Part shown: positions 1 through 11,420 of the stretch, one piece after another
Layout of the letters: each line of letters begins with the position of its first letter
How positions within the stretch are numbered: the first letter of the stretch is position 1
Source of the DNA: Ginglymostoma cirratum
Taxonomy: Eukaryota
Reading direction: 5' to 3'
Assembly (NCBI GenBank): GCA_024137785.1
Contig: JAHRHZ010000087.1
Span: forward strand, 17,860,258 to 17,924,257
Length of the DNA: 64,000 nucleotides
Made by a program: the position numbers and the translations under genes
Notes under the pieces: generated by a model
Databases searched by the model: none
What the model saw: the letters and a program-made list of their open reading frames with translations, nothing else
What the model was told of the DNA's origin: nothing

Positions 1-187
1 AGAGGAGGCAGACAAGTCGAAGAGGCGGGGATAGAGCCAGTAAAGGTGAGTGTAGGTGGGGGGGTAGGGAGGAGATAGGTCAGTCCAGGGAGGACGGACA
101 GGTCAAGGGGGCGGGATGATGTTTGTGGATAGGAGATGGGCGTGGGGCTTGAGGTGGGAGGAGGGGATTGGTGAGAGGAAGGACAGG

Positions 188-1920
188 TTAGGGAGGCGGA
201 GCTAAGCTGGGCTGGTTTTGGGATGCGTTTGGGGGAGGGGAGATTTTGAAGCTTGTGAAATCCACATTGATATCATTGGGCTGCAGGGTTCCCAGGCTGA
301 ATATGATTTGCTGTTCCTGCAGCCTTCGGGTGGCATCACTGTGGCATTGCAGGAGGCCCAGGTTGGACATGTCGTCTGAGGAATGGGAGGGGGAGTTGAA
401 ATGGTTCGCGACTGGGAGGTGCAGTTGTTTGTTGCGAACTGAGTGCAGGTGTTCTGCAAAGCAGTCCCCAAGCCTCCGCTTGGTTTCCCCGATGTAGAGG
501 AAGCCACAACGGGTACAGCGGATGCAGTAAACCACATTGGCAGATGTGCAGGTGAACATCTGCTTGATGTGGAAAGTCTACTTGGGGCCTGGGATGGGGG
601 TGAGGGAGGAGGTGTGGGGGCAGGTGTAGCACTTCCTGCGGTTGCAGGGAAAAGTACCGGGTGTGGTGGAGCTGGAGGGGAGTGTGGAGCGGACAAGGGA
701 ATCGCGGAGGGAGTGGTCCCTCCAGAAAGCAGATAAGGGTGGGGAGGGAAAAATGTCTTTGGTGGTGGGGTCAGATTGCAGATGGCGGAAGTGTCAGAGG
801 ATGATGCGTTGGATCCGGAGGTTGGTGGGGAGGTACGTGAGGACGAGGGGGATTCTTTTTTGGTTATTATTGCGGGGACGGGGTGTGAGGGATGAGTTAT
901 GGGAAATGCGGGAGACACAGTCGAGGGCGTTCTCGACCACTGTGGGGGGGAGGTTGCGGTCCTTGAAGAATGAGGAAATCTGAGATGCACGGGAGTGGAA
1001 TGTCTCATCCTGGGAGCAGATGCGGCGGAGGCGAAGGAATTGGGAATAGGGGATGGCATTTTTGCAGGAAGGTGGGTGGGAGGAGGTGTATTCCAGGTAG
1101 ATGTGGGAGTCAGTGGGCTTGAAATGGACATCGGTTTCTAGGTGGTTACCCGAGATGGAGACAGAGAGGTCCAGGAAGGAGAGAGAAGTGTTGGAGATGG
1201 TCCAGGTGAACTTCAGGTTGGGGTGGAAGGTGTTGGTGAAGTGGATGAACTGTTTGAGCTCCTCGTGGGAGCACGAGGCGGCGCCGATACAGTCATCAAT
1301 GTAACGGAGGAAGAGGTGGGGTTTAGGGCCAGTGTAGGTACGGAAGAGGGATTGTTCCACGTAACTTACAAAGAGGCAGGCATAGCTTGGGCCCATGCGG
1401 GCACCCGTGGCCACCCCCTTTGTCTGTAGGAAGTGGGAGGAATTGAAAGAGAAGTTGTTGAGGGTGAGGACGAGTTCGGCTAAACGGATGAGGGTGTTTG
1501 TGGAGGGGGATTGGTCAGTTCTGCGGGACAGGAAGCAGCGGAGGGCCTTTAGGCCATCTGCATGGGGAATACAGGTGTATAGGGACTGGATGTCCATAGT
1601 AAAAATGAGGTGTTGGGGACCTGGGAATTGGAAGTTCTGGAGGAGGTGGAGGGCATGGGTGGTGTCATGGACGTAGGTAGGGAGTTCCCGGACCAACGGG
1701 GTGAAAATGGAGTCTAGGTAGGTGGAGATGAGTTCGGTGGGGCAGGAGCAGGCAGAGACAATGGGTCGACCAGGGCATTCAGGTTTGTGGATTTTGGGAA
1801 GGAGATAGAAGCGGGCGGTGCGGGGTTGGGGAACGATGAGGTTGGAGGCGGTGGGTGGGAGGTCACCTGAAGTGATGAGGTTGTGGATGGTTTGGGAGAT
1901 GATCGTTTGGTGCTCGGGGG
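188..1920 (-). pseudogene. Penelope-like RT-GIY-YIG polyprotein, N-terminally truncated, with two premature stops (794-796, 578-580)
   Basis: RT motifs FYLLPKIHK, GRPIVS, MDIQSLYT, G.RMGPSYA, FLRYIDD and FLDL. Cys linker FPCNRRKCYTC. Endonuclease NVVYCIRC..CGFLYIGETKRRL...FAEH. ORFs 794..1963 and 188..559 are in the same frame. Confidence 0.93.
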
Positions 1921-2261
1921 TTTCACAAGCTTCAAAATCTCCCCTCCCCCAAACGCATCCCAAAACCAGCCCAGCTCATCTTCGCCTCCCTAACCTGTCC
2001 TTCCTCTCACCTATCCCCTCCTCCCACCTCAAGCCCCACCCCCATCTCCTATCTACTAACCTCATCCTGCCCCCTTGACCTGTCCGTCCTCCCTGGACTG
2101 ACCCATCTCCTCCCTACCCCCCCACATACACTCACCTTTACTGGCTCCATCCCTGCCTCTTTGACTTGTCTGCCTCCTCTCCACCTATCCTCTCCTCTAT
2201 CCATCTTCTATCCGCCTCCCCCTCTCTCCCTATTTATTTCAGAACCCTCTTCCCCTCCCCC

Positions 2262-2296
2262 ATTTCTGATGAAGGGTCTAGGCCCGAAACGTCAAG
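2262..2296 (+). ncRNA. Minimal type I hammerhead ribozyme motif in the PLE terminal repeat (family A)
   Basis: CTGATGA (2266-2272)-A-GGGTC-TA-GGCCC-GAAAC-GTC (2291-2293): intact core, stem II, and loopless palindromic stem III (ACGT). Matches the known PLE minimal hammerhead architecture. Confidence 0.85.
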
Positions 2297-3294
2297 CTTT
2301 CCTGCTCCTATGATGCTGCTTGGCCTGCTGTGTTCATCCAGCCCCACACCTTGTTATCTCTTAACCAAAAAAGAGTTGCTTTCTCCATAAAGATTTCATG
2401 ATCTGCCAGCACAGCAATAATCTTTTGATATAAATGTTCAAGCTTCCTTTTCAAACTTCTGTGGAAATTGCAATATGTTCACACTCATTAATCAAAATAT
2501 TAACTGCATTACATATGAGAGGTACAAAGCTATAAATTAGGTCATGTCAACACAATAGAACACTATAAAAAGCATAATTAAATGTGATTTATTTATCTTT
2601 GTAGTGAGTGAAAATCGTTATTGAAAATCATGATTTAAGTATGATCGTCGTAGGTATGATCAATCTTCCTGAAAAAAACTTTTAAACAAATAAAATTCAA
2701 TTAATCTACTTTGAAAAAACACAAAAACGCTGAAGTTGCAACATGCAAACCATTAACATTCAAACAACTAACGTGTTTGTGATTCCCTCGAGTATAATTT
2801 CCTCTCATTTTTCCACATAGTTGTTATCATGGAGAATACACATTCAGTATGAGTGTTGCTACATGATATGAAGATTATAGGAGTTTTTTTATCTGCTACA
2901 ACAACTAAGCAAATAGATTCATCCTTCCTTTGAAACAGTAGATAAATGAATCTAAAATAATTATATTATTTTGCTCTAATCCCAATATTTATAGAACAGC
3001 AATATTTAAAAATGTTTAGTTTCATATTGTTACCTGTAAAGCACAACAAAATTATCCTTCCTAACCCATTCTGATCAACAGTCAATATAACAAATATATG
3101 GGACAATGAAATATTTCTTCTCATTGTCTACTCATATTGTTGAGCTTTGAGTCCATTTCCTAACTTCAACAAACCTTCTACCTGGGGATTAATTTGTCAA
3201 AATATGCAGCATGTGATACATCTTTGTCAAAGTAAGACTTTGCTCTTGCTTTCCTTAAAAGAAACATTCAAAACCAATGACTTTGAAATAAAGA

Positions 3295-3392
3295 GAGATA
3301 ACAAGGTGTCGAGCTGGATGAACACAGCAGGCCAAGCAACATCAGAAGAGCAGGAAAGCTGACGTTTCGGACCTGGATCCGTCTTCAGAAAT
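3295..3392 (-). mobile_element. PLE-terminus mini-insertion (family A) with intact hammerhead core at 3361-3388
   Basis: Minus strand reads CTGAAGA-C-GGATC-CA-GGTCC-GAAAC-GTC-AGCTTTCCTGCTC...CCTTGTTATCTC, homologous to 2266-2360. Confidence 0.85.
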
Positions 3393-3589
3393 CCTTTCAA
3401 ACACTTATTTTTAAAACAGCTCTTTCTAATTTCCTTCCACAGTTTTTAAAAAGACACTGTCTTTACAAAGGTATTTTAGTGCTGTATTACCTGCTGCCTT
3501 AGTCTTTCCCCTTTTCTCACCTGAATATACCAAGTCTTATAACATGTTTGAAATAACAGTAAAACAGTATAGAGGTAGCCACTGGATAT

Positions 3590-3830
3590 TCTGGATACCA
3601 AGGCAGGCTGTGTGAAAGGCCTTCCTGGGTGATCCAGGACTTCGCTGCAGCTTAACAAAAACGCAAAAAATAGCTCTCTAGCCCTCTCATGCCAGCATTA
3701 CATGCCCACACACTTCCTGTGCCCTATCTGTGCCAACTCATGCTATTCTCATACATCTCACCAATTTCTCATGACCCATCATACACTCCATGCCAACTTT
3801 TAGCCCCATCCAACCTTCAAGGTTCTTTCT
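3590..3830. repeat. Dispersed repeat fragment rich in CATGCC-like motifs; related sequence on the opposite strand at about 62640-63060
   Basis: Recurrent CATGCC/CCCAT motifs. Reverse-complement-like GGCATG-rich sequence at 62670-62880. Confidence 0.35.
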
Positions 3831-3837
3831 TGCTTGC

Positions 3838-3958
3838 TTCATTCACTCATGGGATGTGGGCATCACTGCTGTGCCTTGAGAAGGTGGTGGTGAGCTGCCT
3901 TCTTGAACTGCTGGAGTCATTTGATGTAGGTACATTCAGAATGCCATGAAGGAGGGAG
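3838..3958 (-). mobile_element. LINE 3'-end fragment sharing its tail with the SINE at 9803-10160
   Basis: ATTCACTCATGGGATGTGGGCATCACTG...CCTTGAGAAGGTGGTGGTGAGCTGCC resembles the reverse complement of the SINE tail and of 11100-11400 and 49870-50120. Confidence 0.5.
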
Positions 3959-4400
3959 TAAGATTATCATCTTGGGGACTTCAATGCCGAGGTTGGAAAT
4001 GATGCTCAACTCTGGAAAGGAACTATCACAAAGGAAGGAGCCAGATTTGCAACTCCAACAAAATTCTCCTGCTCGCCAAATGTGTGGAACACCAGCTGTT
4101 CAGCACCAACACACAGCCCGCCAAAAAGACAAGTTCAAGAGCTTTTGGTACATCCATGATCAAAGCACTGGCGCATGATTGACAATGTCATTGTTCGATC
4201 CTGAGACCTAAAGGTTGTTCTCATTATTGAAGCAATGACCAGTGCAGACCAATGTAAACCACCAGCTCATCCACTCCTTAATGTCTATCAAATGCCACTA
4301 GAAGCAGCTGAAGTTGGATAAATTGTTCAGAAAAAAGCTCAATGTTGAACAGCTTCAAGAATCAAGCAGACTAGCAAATTTCCAACAATGTTTTGATACT

Positions 4401-4740
4401 TCATAGAATCCCTACATTGTGGAAACAGACCATTTGACCCAACAAGTCCACACTACCCCTCCAAAGAGCATCCCATCTCAACCCATTCCTGTACCCCTGT
4501 ATTTTCCCATGTCCAACCCACCTAACCTGAACATCCCTGAACATTATGGGCAATTTAGCATGACCAAATTCACCTACCCTGCAGACCTTTGGACTGTGGA
4601 AAGAAACCGGAGCACCCAGAGGAAACCTATACAGACATGGGGAGAATGTGCAAACTCGACACAGCCAGTTGCCTAATGGTGGAATTGAACCTGAGTCCCT
4701 GGTGGTGTGAAGCAGCAGTGCTAACCACTGTACCACCCCC
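4401..4740 (-). mobile_element. HE1-like tRNA-derived V-SINE
   Basis: Minus strand: tRNA-like head GTGGTTAGCACTGCTGCTTCACA, V-domain TTCTCCCCATGTCTG...GGTGCTCCGGTTTC, and CR1-type tail ...GTAGGGATTCTATGA. Confidence 0.88.
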
Positions 4741-6292
4741 CTGTGAATGTCTTCACCAAAATCTCCAAAGAGTTCTTTTTAATGGAGTGGAGAAAATCTG
4801 GAAAGAGCGAATGACAACTGTCATCTCATGCTGTGAAGACCAGGAAACACCAAGACTGCATTGACAAGCATGGCCACAACATTGAATCGATCAGAAGGGA
4901 AAGCTCTGCATGCCTGGCAAAACGGCATCACCAGCGAGTTAAAGATTAATACTCATCAAACAGTAAAGGGAGAGTAACAAAGAAGAATTAGGGATATCAG
5001 TGGTAGACTGAGAAAGCTAAGGAGCTGCAACTCCTTGCTGACAAGCACATCACCTGAGATTCCTTTAGTGCTACCAAAGCAATATATGGACCCAACATGC
5101 TTGGCCTCAAACCAGTGTGGAATAAGGATAGAACCTGTTTGAGAGACAGGGAAAACAACAGTCTCCAATAGAGAGAAAACTTCAAAGAACTCCTAAACTA
5201 CAATAAAATCAATGATGAAGATATGTTTGAGGAAAACCCCCAACTCCCCATCAAAGGCGATCTTGGACTCCCACCCAGTGTGTCATTGGACACAAGAATG
5301 GAAGAACTGCAGGAGTAGATGGGATTCCAGTGGAGATTTTCAAACCTTGGAGGAGCAGAGCTTATCAGTCATCTCCATCAAATGTTCCTTAAAATTTGGA
5401 ACCAAGTAGAAATCCCTTCCGATCTCAGGGATGCTGCCATTGCCACTGTTTTCAAGAAAGGAAACAAAGTGGACTGTGGCAGCTACTGAAGAATCTTCCT
5501 ACATTCCATCATTGGAAAGATCATCATCCAAATCCTCTCCAGGCGTCTTTTCCCAATCTCTGAGGAAATTCTTCCTGAAAATCCAGTGTGGCCACTGAGC
5601 AAACTGTGGATCTAGGGACATGATTTTCACTGCTCAGCAACTCCAAGAGGAACACCAAGAGCAACTCCAATAACTCTACATGGCCTTCATTGATCTGACC
5701 AAGGCTTTTGACTCAGTAAATGGGGAAATACTATGGAAGATCCTGTCAAAGGCTGGCTGTCCAGTGAAATTCATCAACATCCTCCGTCTCCTCCATGACA
5801 AGATGTCAGCGGTGGTGATATGACAGAATCATTTGAGGTTAAGGGAGGGGTCAAGCAGGGATCTGTAATTGCCCCCACTCTTTTCTCTATCTTCATCACC
5901 ACCATTCTTCATCTTGTCAAGAACAAGGTTCCCAGTGGTGTGGACATTGTCTACAGATTGTGAAATTTTCAATGTCAACCATTTGAAACCCAAGAAGAAA
6001 ATGACACCACCATTACCTGTGGATACTTTCAGTAGCCGGCTGACAACATCATCACTGCTTTCTTGGAACGCAATCTTCAAGCCTTGCTTAATGCCTTAGT
6101 GAAAGAATACTGAAGAATTGATCTCAGCCTCAACCTCAAGAAGACTGAAATCCTTTACGAACCTTTCCCAGGCCAAGTTCTGGTCTATCCCTCTATTAAG
6201 ATCAATGCAGAAATCCTCGCAAACGTGGAACATATTGCCTTCTTAGGAAGTTACTTCTCATCTAAGGCTGATTTCAATGCAGAGATTCAATA

Positions 6293-6631
6293 TCATAGAA
6301 TCCCTACAGTGTGGAAGCAGGCTATTTGACCCATTGAATTCACACCAACCCTCCGAAGAGCATCCCACCCAGAACCAACCTATTGCTTTAATTTAATAAA
6401 CCCTATATTTCCCCTGGCTCATCCATTTAGCCTGCACACTCTTGACAATATGAGCCACTTGGCATGGCCAATCCATGTAATCATTAGACTGTGGGAGGAA
6501 ACTGGAACACCCAGAGGAAACCCATGCAAACATGGGGAGAATGTGTAAACTCTACACAGACAATCGCTTAAGGATGAAATCAAACCCAGGTCCCTGGCAC
6601 TGTGAGGTAGCAGTGCTAACTCTACTGCCCG
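6293..6631 (-). mobile_element. HE1-like V-SINE inserted in the RTE element
   Basis: Same head, V-domain and tail as 4401-4740. RTE coding resumes on both sides. Confidence 0.88.
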
Positions 6632-8329
6632 TATCACATCCAATCTGTTAAGCCCATTTTTGGATGACTAAGAATGCGCTTCTTTGACAACCATGCTGAT
6701 ACTAAGATCTTTCTGTATAAGGCAGCCATCCTTCTGATTCTTGCATGTGGCTCCGAAACTTGGACTACAAATAGACACCACCTCAAGGCCCTTGAGAAGT
6801 ATCATCAACATTGTTTGAGATGGATTCTCTGCATTAGCTAGGAGGACAGGTGTATTAACATCAGCATCCGTGAAACAGCCAATAGCACTAGCATCGAGGT
6901 TACTATCATCCGAAACCAACTCCGCTTGGCTGGCCGCATGCTTACGATGTCTGAGTTCCGACTCCCAAAGCAAATCTTCCTTGCCCAGCTTAGGGAAAGC
7001 ACACGAATGAGAGGAGGACAAAGGAAGCATTCCAAAGATTCCTTGAAAACTTCTCTCAAGAAATACAAGATAGACGTCAATGCATTGGAGATTGTCATTC
7101 AAAAGGAACTGACTTGGAGGAAACTTGGGTATGAAGACACACAGTTATTTCAAGAACAGCCAATGGTACGGAAAAGGAACCGGAGAAAGGATTGTCTGAG
7201 ATCTCAAGACCAAGTATCACTTCCACCTCTTGGAACTACCTGTCAAATGTGTGGTCAGAGATGCAGTTCATGGGGTCCACAGATCCCACAACTCATGACG
7301 CAGAATTTCCCAGTTGGACAATTGTACTCAATGACAATGTGGAATGGTGTTTCAGGATTTTGATCAGCAAGGCTGAGTCTTTATTTGAAATATATCGCCA
7401 TTTCTTCAGTGTCACTGAATCAAAATCTTGGAGCTCCCTCCCAATTTAGTGTCAACTCATTCCAATCCATAAACTCCACCACCCTTCACCCACCTTTTGC
7501 ACTTCCACTGTCATTCATTTTCTGCTTTAATCCACCATTGGCAAACCTCAGAAGACATGCGAAGATGAAATAAAATAAAATTTTAAGTGTCTATTGATGA
7601 CCACTATTTTTAAATAAACATCCTCAATGATAACCCACAAAATCACTTAAAATGAAAAACCTTCCAGAACTTAATCCTTTAAAACAATCAATTATATTCA
7701 TAGTTGCACATCAAAGACTTTATGATCAATCAAACTGGGGAACTTGCAGGCGTCCTGCTGTCAAAATGAAAGATTGAGGAAGTAGTCATGCAACTCTAAT
7801 CATATAATGATAATCCTCAGGGTTATGCGGATAACCATCTTTTTTTTTCCAAAAAGGGCTTGGAGATTCGATTGTCTGGACAGTGTAATAGCTCCAATAA
7901 GTTAATCCAATTTTTATGCAAATTCATCAATCACATTGGGTAATTATTATTATGAAACAGCATTTGATCTCACCCAAAATGTCCTTAACCTATTCCAAAG
8001 GACACCATGCCTCTCCCAATACCTATCCAAGATGGCCCCCACCTCTCCAAATGCAGCTTTATTCGTTATGCTTAAATATTTAAAGTTATTGAAAATTATG
8101 TTTTACACATTGCACTGCAGAAAGCATTCAACATGGTTCCACATTAGCTACTATTAACAAAAAGATAAGAATGGAACGGGAGGCAACCGTTTATCCTAGA
8201 TAGGGCATTGGTTAGGATGTAGAAGGCAAAAAATGGTGACAATAAGTATGTACTCAAATTGCCAGCATATGGTTACTGATGTGCTCTAGCTATAGTGTAC
8301 TCGTCAGCTTTTCAGATTCTACAGAAATT

Positions 8330-9050
8330 ATTTTGACAAAGTAATATTGAGCTTTATGTCTAAATAGTACAATACGTGCACCACGTGGGAGCAGGAAGTT
8401 GAAATGACACATTAGATATTTTCTGAATTGTAAGAAGTGAATGAATTGGAAGTTTTAGGAGTGCAAATTTAAAAATTCAGTGCAAATGAATGACATACAC
8501 GAAAGACAATCAAAATGACTAATAGAATGATAGCCTTTTATTGGGGCCGCAAGGCAATATAAAGGTGTGAAAGTTATGTAACAGCTTGACAGAGCCCTGG
8601 TTTGATATCATCCAGAGTGCTGCTGTTGGTTCTGGACACCACAACCCAAAAAGAACATATATTGCCTTTGGAGGGGATGCAGCAGCACATATTCATCAGA
8701 CTGAAACTGAGTCTAAAGGGTTTAATAATAAGGTAGGTTCTATAGACTAGCCTTGCATCTTTTTAATATAGTAGATTATATAATCTAATTGAGGATTGTA
8801 AAATAATTAAAAGAAGTGATTGGTACGGTACAGTAAAACTGTCTTCTTAGGTGGGATGAGTACAGGACAAGGGAGTGTAACCTAAAAATTTAAATCTAAG
8901 TTGTTCACACATAACATCAGAAAATTATTTCATCATAGAAAAAAGAATGGAAACTATCTTCTCAAAAGAACTGTAAAGACTAATTTGATTGAAAATTACA
9001 AAATTGAAATTGAAGCCTTTTGGTTGGGAAAGAGTATTAATGATTACATT
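8330..9050 (+). mobile_element. Highly decayed CR1 LINE 3' portion
   Basis: Residual CR1 C-terminal phrases (GCCCTGGTT..., TTCTGGACACC, TTGCCTTTGGAGGGGATGCAG) similar to better copies in the window. Confidence 0.55.
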
Positions 9051-9739
9051 TGTCTCAAGTTGCATACCTAAATATTCAACTAATTTACTCTGTGGTATCT
9101 GAATCTTCCAGGTATGATCTTTGCCAGGATGATATGTGAAAATTGAGAAAGGGGATGCAAATCTATCAGGATTTGTGCTCAGAATTGTTATCTAGTGGCT
9201 CCTGAAGGTTTAAAGTTTTGGTTAAATTGGAAAATGAAGCGTTTGAATTTTTTTGTCCAGTTGCAAGACATGGCAGCTTAACTTGTTCTGCCTCTGCATT
9301 CCAATAGGATCAATGTAACTTTTGAACTGCTGAAGACAGTGCTTCAAAGGAACAGAATTGGACATTTTTAAGGCAATACATAAACTTTAAATCCTTTAAG
9401 AAAACAATATTATCAAAAAGCTCAAACATAATTCAGGTAATTTCGCCTGTGTCCAGTTTGATTCATCAGGCTGTTACTAATGTAACTCCTCTATCCCATA
9501 GATAAAAGTGAGTTAATATAATTTTACATTTAATGAAAAATGCATTACCATTTATCAGCTTTAGAAGGACTTCTCCAGACTGATCACTTAAACTTATTTT
9601 AGCAAATAAAAATCACATTTCCGGTTTGTTTATATTTAGGGAAGGAATTACACCTATGGGTGATTGATTTAAAATCAGTCAATGTGGCCAAATGAAATGA
9701 TTGATCATGATCATGGCATTTATAGGCTCAAAGTTATGT

Positions 9740-10670
9740 AAGAAGTATGAAATGCGAGCAGACACAGGCCATTCATCCACTTAGCCTGCTTCATCAATCA
9801 ATTGGGGAGGTGATGGCTGAGTGGCATTATCGCTGGACAATCAATCCAGCGACCCAGGTAATGTTCTGGGGACCTGGGTTTGAATTCCCACATCTGATAG
9901 TGGAACTTGAATTCAATAATAAAAGTCTGGAATTAAGTGCCTAATGACAATCAGGAAGCCATTGTGAATTGTTGGAAAAACCAATCTGGCTCACTGATGT
10001 CCTTTAGGGAAGAAAACTGCTATCCTTACCTGGTCTGAAGTACATGTGACTTGAGATCCACAATGTCATTGACTCTTAACTGCCCTCTGAGCAATTAGGA
10101 ATGGGTAATAAATGATGGTGTAGTCAATGACACCCTCGTCCCAAGAATGAATAAAAAAAAATCTGATTATGTACTTGACTCACCCTTCCTACCTACCCCT
10201 TATAACCTTCGGCTCCCTTATTGATCAAAAATCTGTCCATCTCAGCATTGAATATGATTCAATGACCCAACCTCCACTGCTCGCTGGGGAAGAGAACTTC
10301 AAGTAAATAAATTCCTCATCGTCTCCCTCTAAAATGCAATAGCCTTTATTTTGAAACTGCACCACAACATTCCAGATTCTTCCTTGGGAGAAAATATTCT
10401 GCCAGTATCTACTCAAAGTCTTCTGTTTCAATAAGATTATCTCTTTCCTCTAAACTCCAATGAATGCAAGAAGATAAACTCCTCATCCCTGGAATTAGCC
10501 CAGTGAACCTTCTCTGAACTGCTTTCAATGCAAGTTTGTCCCTCTTTAGTTAAGGTGACCAGAATTGTACACAGTACCCACGGCACATCCACACCAATGC
10601 CTGTACAGTTATAATAAGGCTTCTTCACTTTTATATTCCAACCTAGTGCAATAAAGGCCCACATACTGTG
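9740..10670 (-). mobile_element. Decayed CR1 LINE 3' end, split by a SINE insertion at 9803-10160
   Basis: Tail AAGAAGTATGAAATGCGAGCAG..AGGCCATTC at 9740-9800 and RT C-terminal homology (CCAGAATTGTACACAGTAC) at 10160-10670. Confidence 0.65.
9803..10160 (+). mobile_element. tRNA-derived SINE (second family), full length with A-rich tail
   Basis: Box A-like TGGCTGAGTGG, box B-like GGGTTTGAATTCC, body CCTTTAGGGAAG...CCTTACCTGGTCTG, and 3' end GAATGAATAAAAAAAA. Confidence 0.75.
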
Positions 10671-11099
10671 TACCTTTCGAAGGAAAAGGTCTAATTTCAA
10701 GGATCATCATCTCCTGCTCCTCCTGATGCAATGTGACAACAATGATAAACATTTTCCAGTTCCCATGCTGCCATGTCAGTGAAAGGCCCCTCTTTATTTC
10801 AAACAATATCTCCAGCTCTGCTTGCCCCTTGACATCTGCTTAGTCCAAGTGGCTTTCTCCATGCCAATGGAGGAAATGAAGGCACAACGTGAAGGAAGTA
10901 AGGGAACTGAGTGAAGTATTATTTGATATTGATGTAACAAAGCAAATGAAAACAATTTTAGTCATGTGCTGTTGTGTCACACAACCATTGAAATACCAAC
11001 AAGTTTTAACAAGAGGAGTGAGAGATCACAGGCACTAACTCTCAATGTTACTATACTGCTAACTTGAAGACAGAGAGGATCTGCCTGTTATGGCTTTGC

Positions 11100-11420
11100 G
11101 TCTGTCCATTTGTCTAGATAACATTGGCAAGGCTGCATTTAATTGGCCACTTCTCATTGATCTGAGAAGAGGATGATAATTTGTCGTCTTGAACTGCTAC
11201 AATTCTCAAGTGCTGGAGTGTCAGTGGTCGCATTATAACAACTTGCTGGGCCATGTCACAGAGAATGAAATAGTCAGTCATGGAGTGTAGGATTTAAAAC
11301 GTAGTCAGACTAGAGCATAGGGATCTGTAAGAATTTCTTCCTTGGTGGACATTATGGACTGTTAGTTTTTTTTCATAAAAGTTCATTAGTTTTCATATGA
11401 TTTGTTTTATCATAGTCAGT
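11100..11420 (-). mobile_element. Decayed SINE/LINE-tail fragment
   Basis: GGCAAGGCTGCATTTAATTGGCC...TGAGAAG...CTTGAACTGC resembles 3838-3958 and 49870-50120. Confidence 0.4.

Larger units (their letters stand above)
1..2360 (-). mobile_element. Penelope-like retroelement (Neptune-type), 5'-truncated, with an inverted copy of its 3' terminal repeat at 1921-2360; continues left of the window
   Basis: RT and GIY-YIG reading frame on the minus strand. 1921-2180 is the near-exact reverse complement of 1-260 (TTTCACAAGCTTCAAAATCTCCCC... vs ...GGGGAGATTTTGAAGCTTGTGAAA). The inverted arm ends in a hammerhead-containing terminus. Confidence 0.93.
3960..7290 (+). mobile_element. Degenerate RTE-clade (BovB-like) LINE with APE and RT, interrupted by two HE1 SINEs
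   Basis: Across frameshifts: IILGDFNAEVGND (~3965), SKHWRMIDNVIVR (~4160), FKKGNKVDCGSY (~5450), LYMAFIDLTKAFDSVN (~5675), GVKQGSVIAPTLFSIFI (~5850), QLRLAGRMLTMSEFRLPKQI...RGGQRK (~6920). Confidence 0.85.

Noticed and set aside
202-1131. 309-aa Pro/Ser/Thr-rich ORF and other overlapping ORFs in 1-2400
   Set aside because: Alternative frames of the C-rich PLE coding strand; no independent domain.
1921-1963. Start of ORF 794..1963 (MGCVWGRGDFEACE)
   Set aside because: These codons come from the inverted terminal copy, not the true N-terminus.
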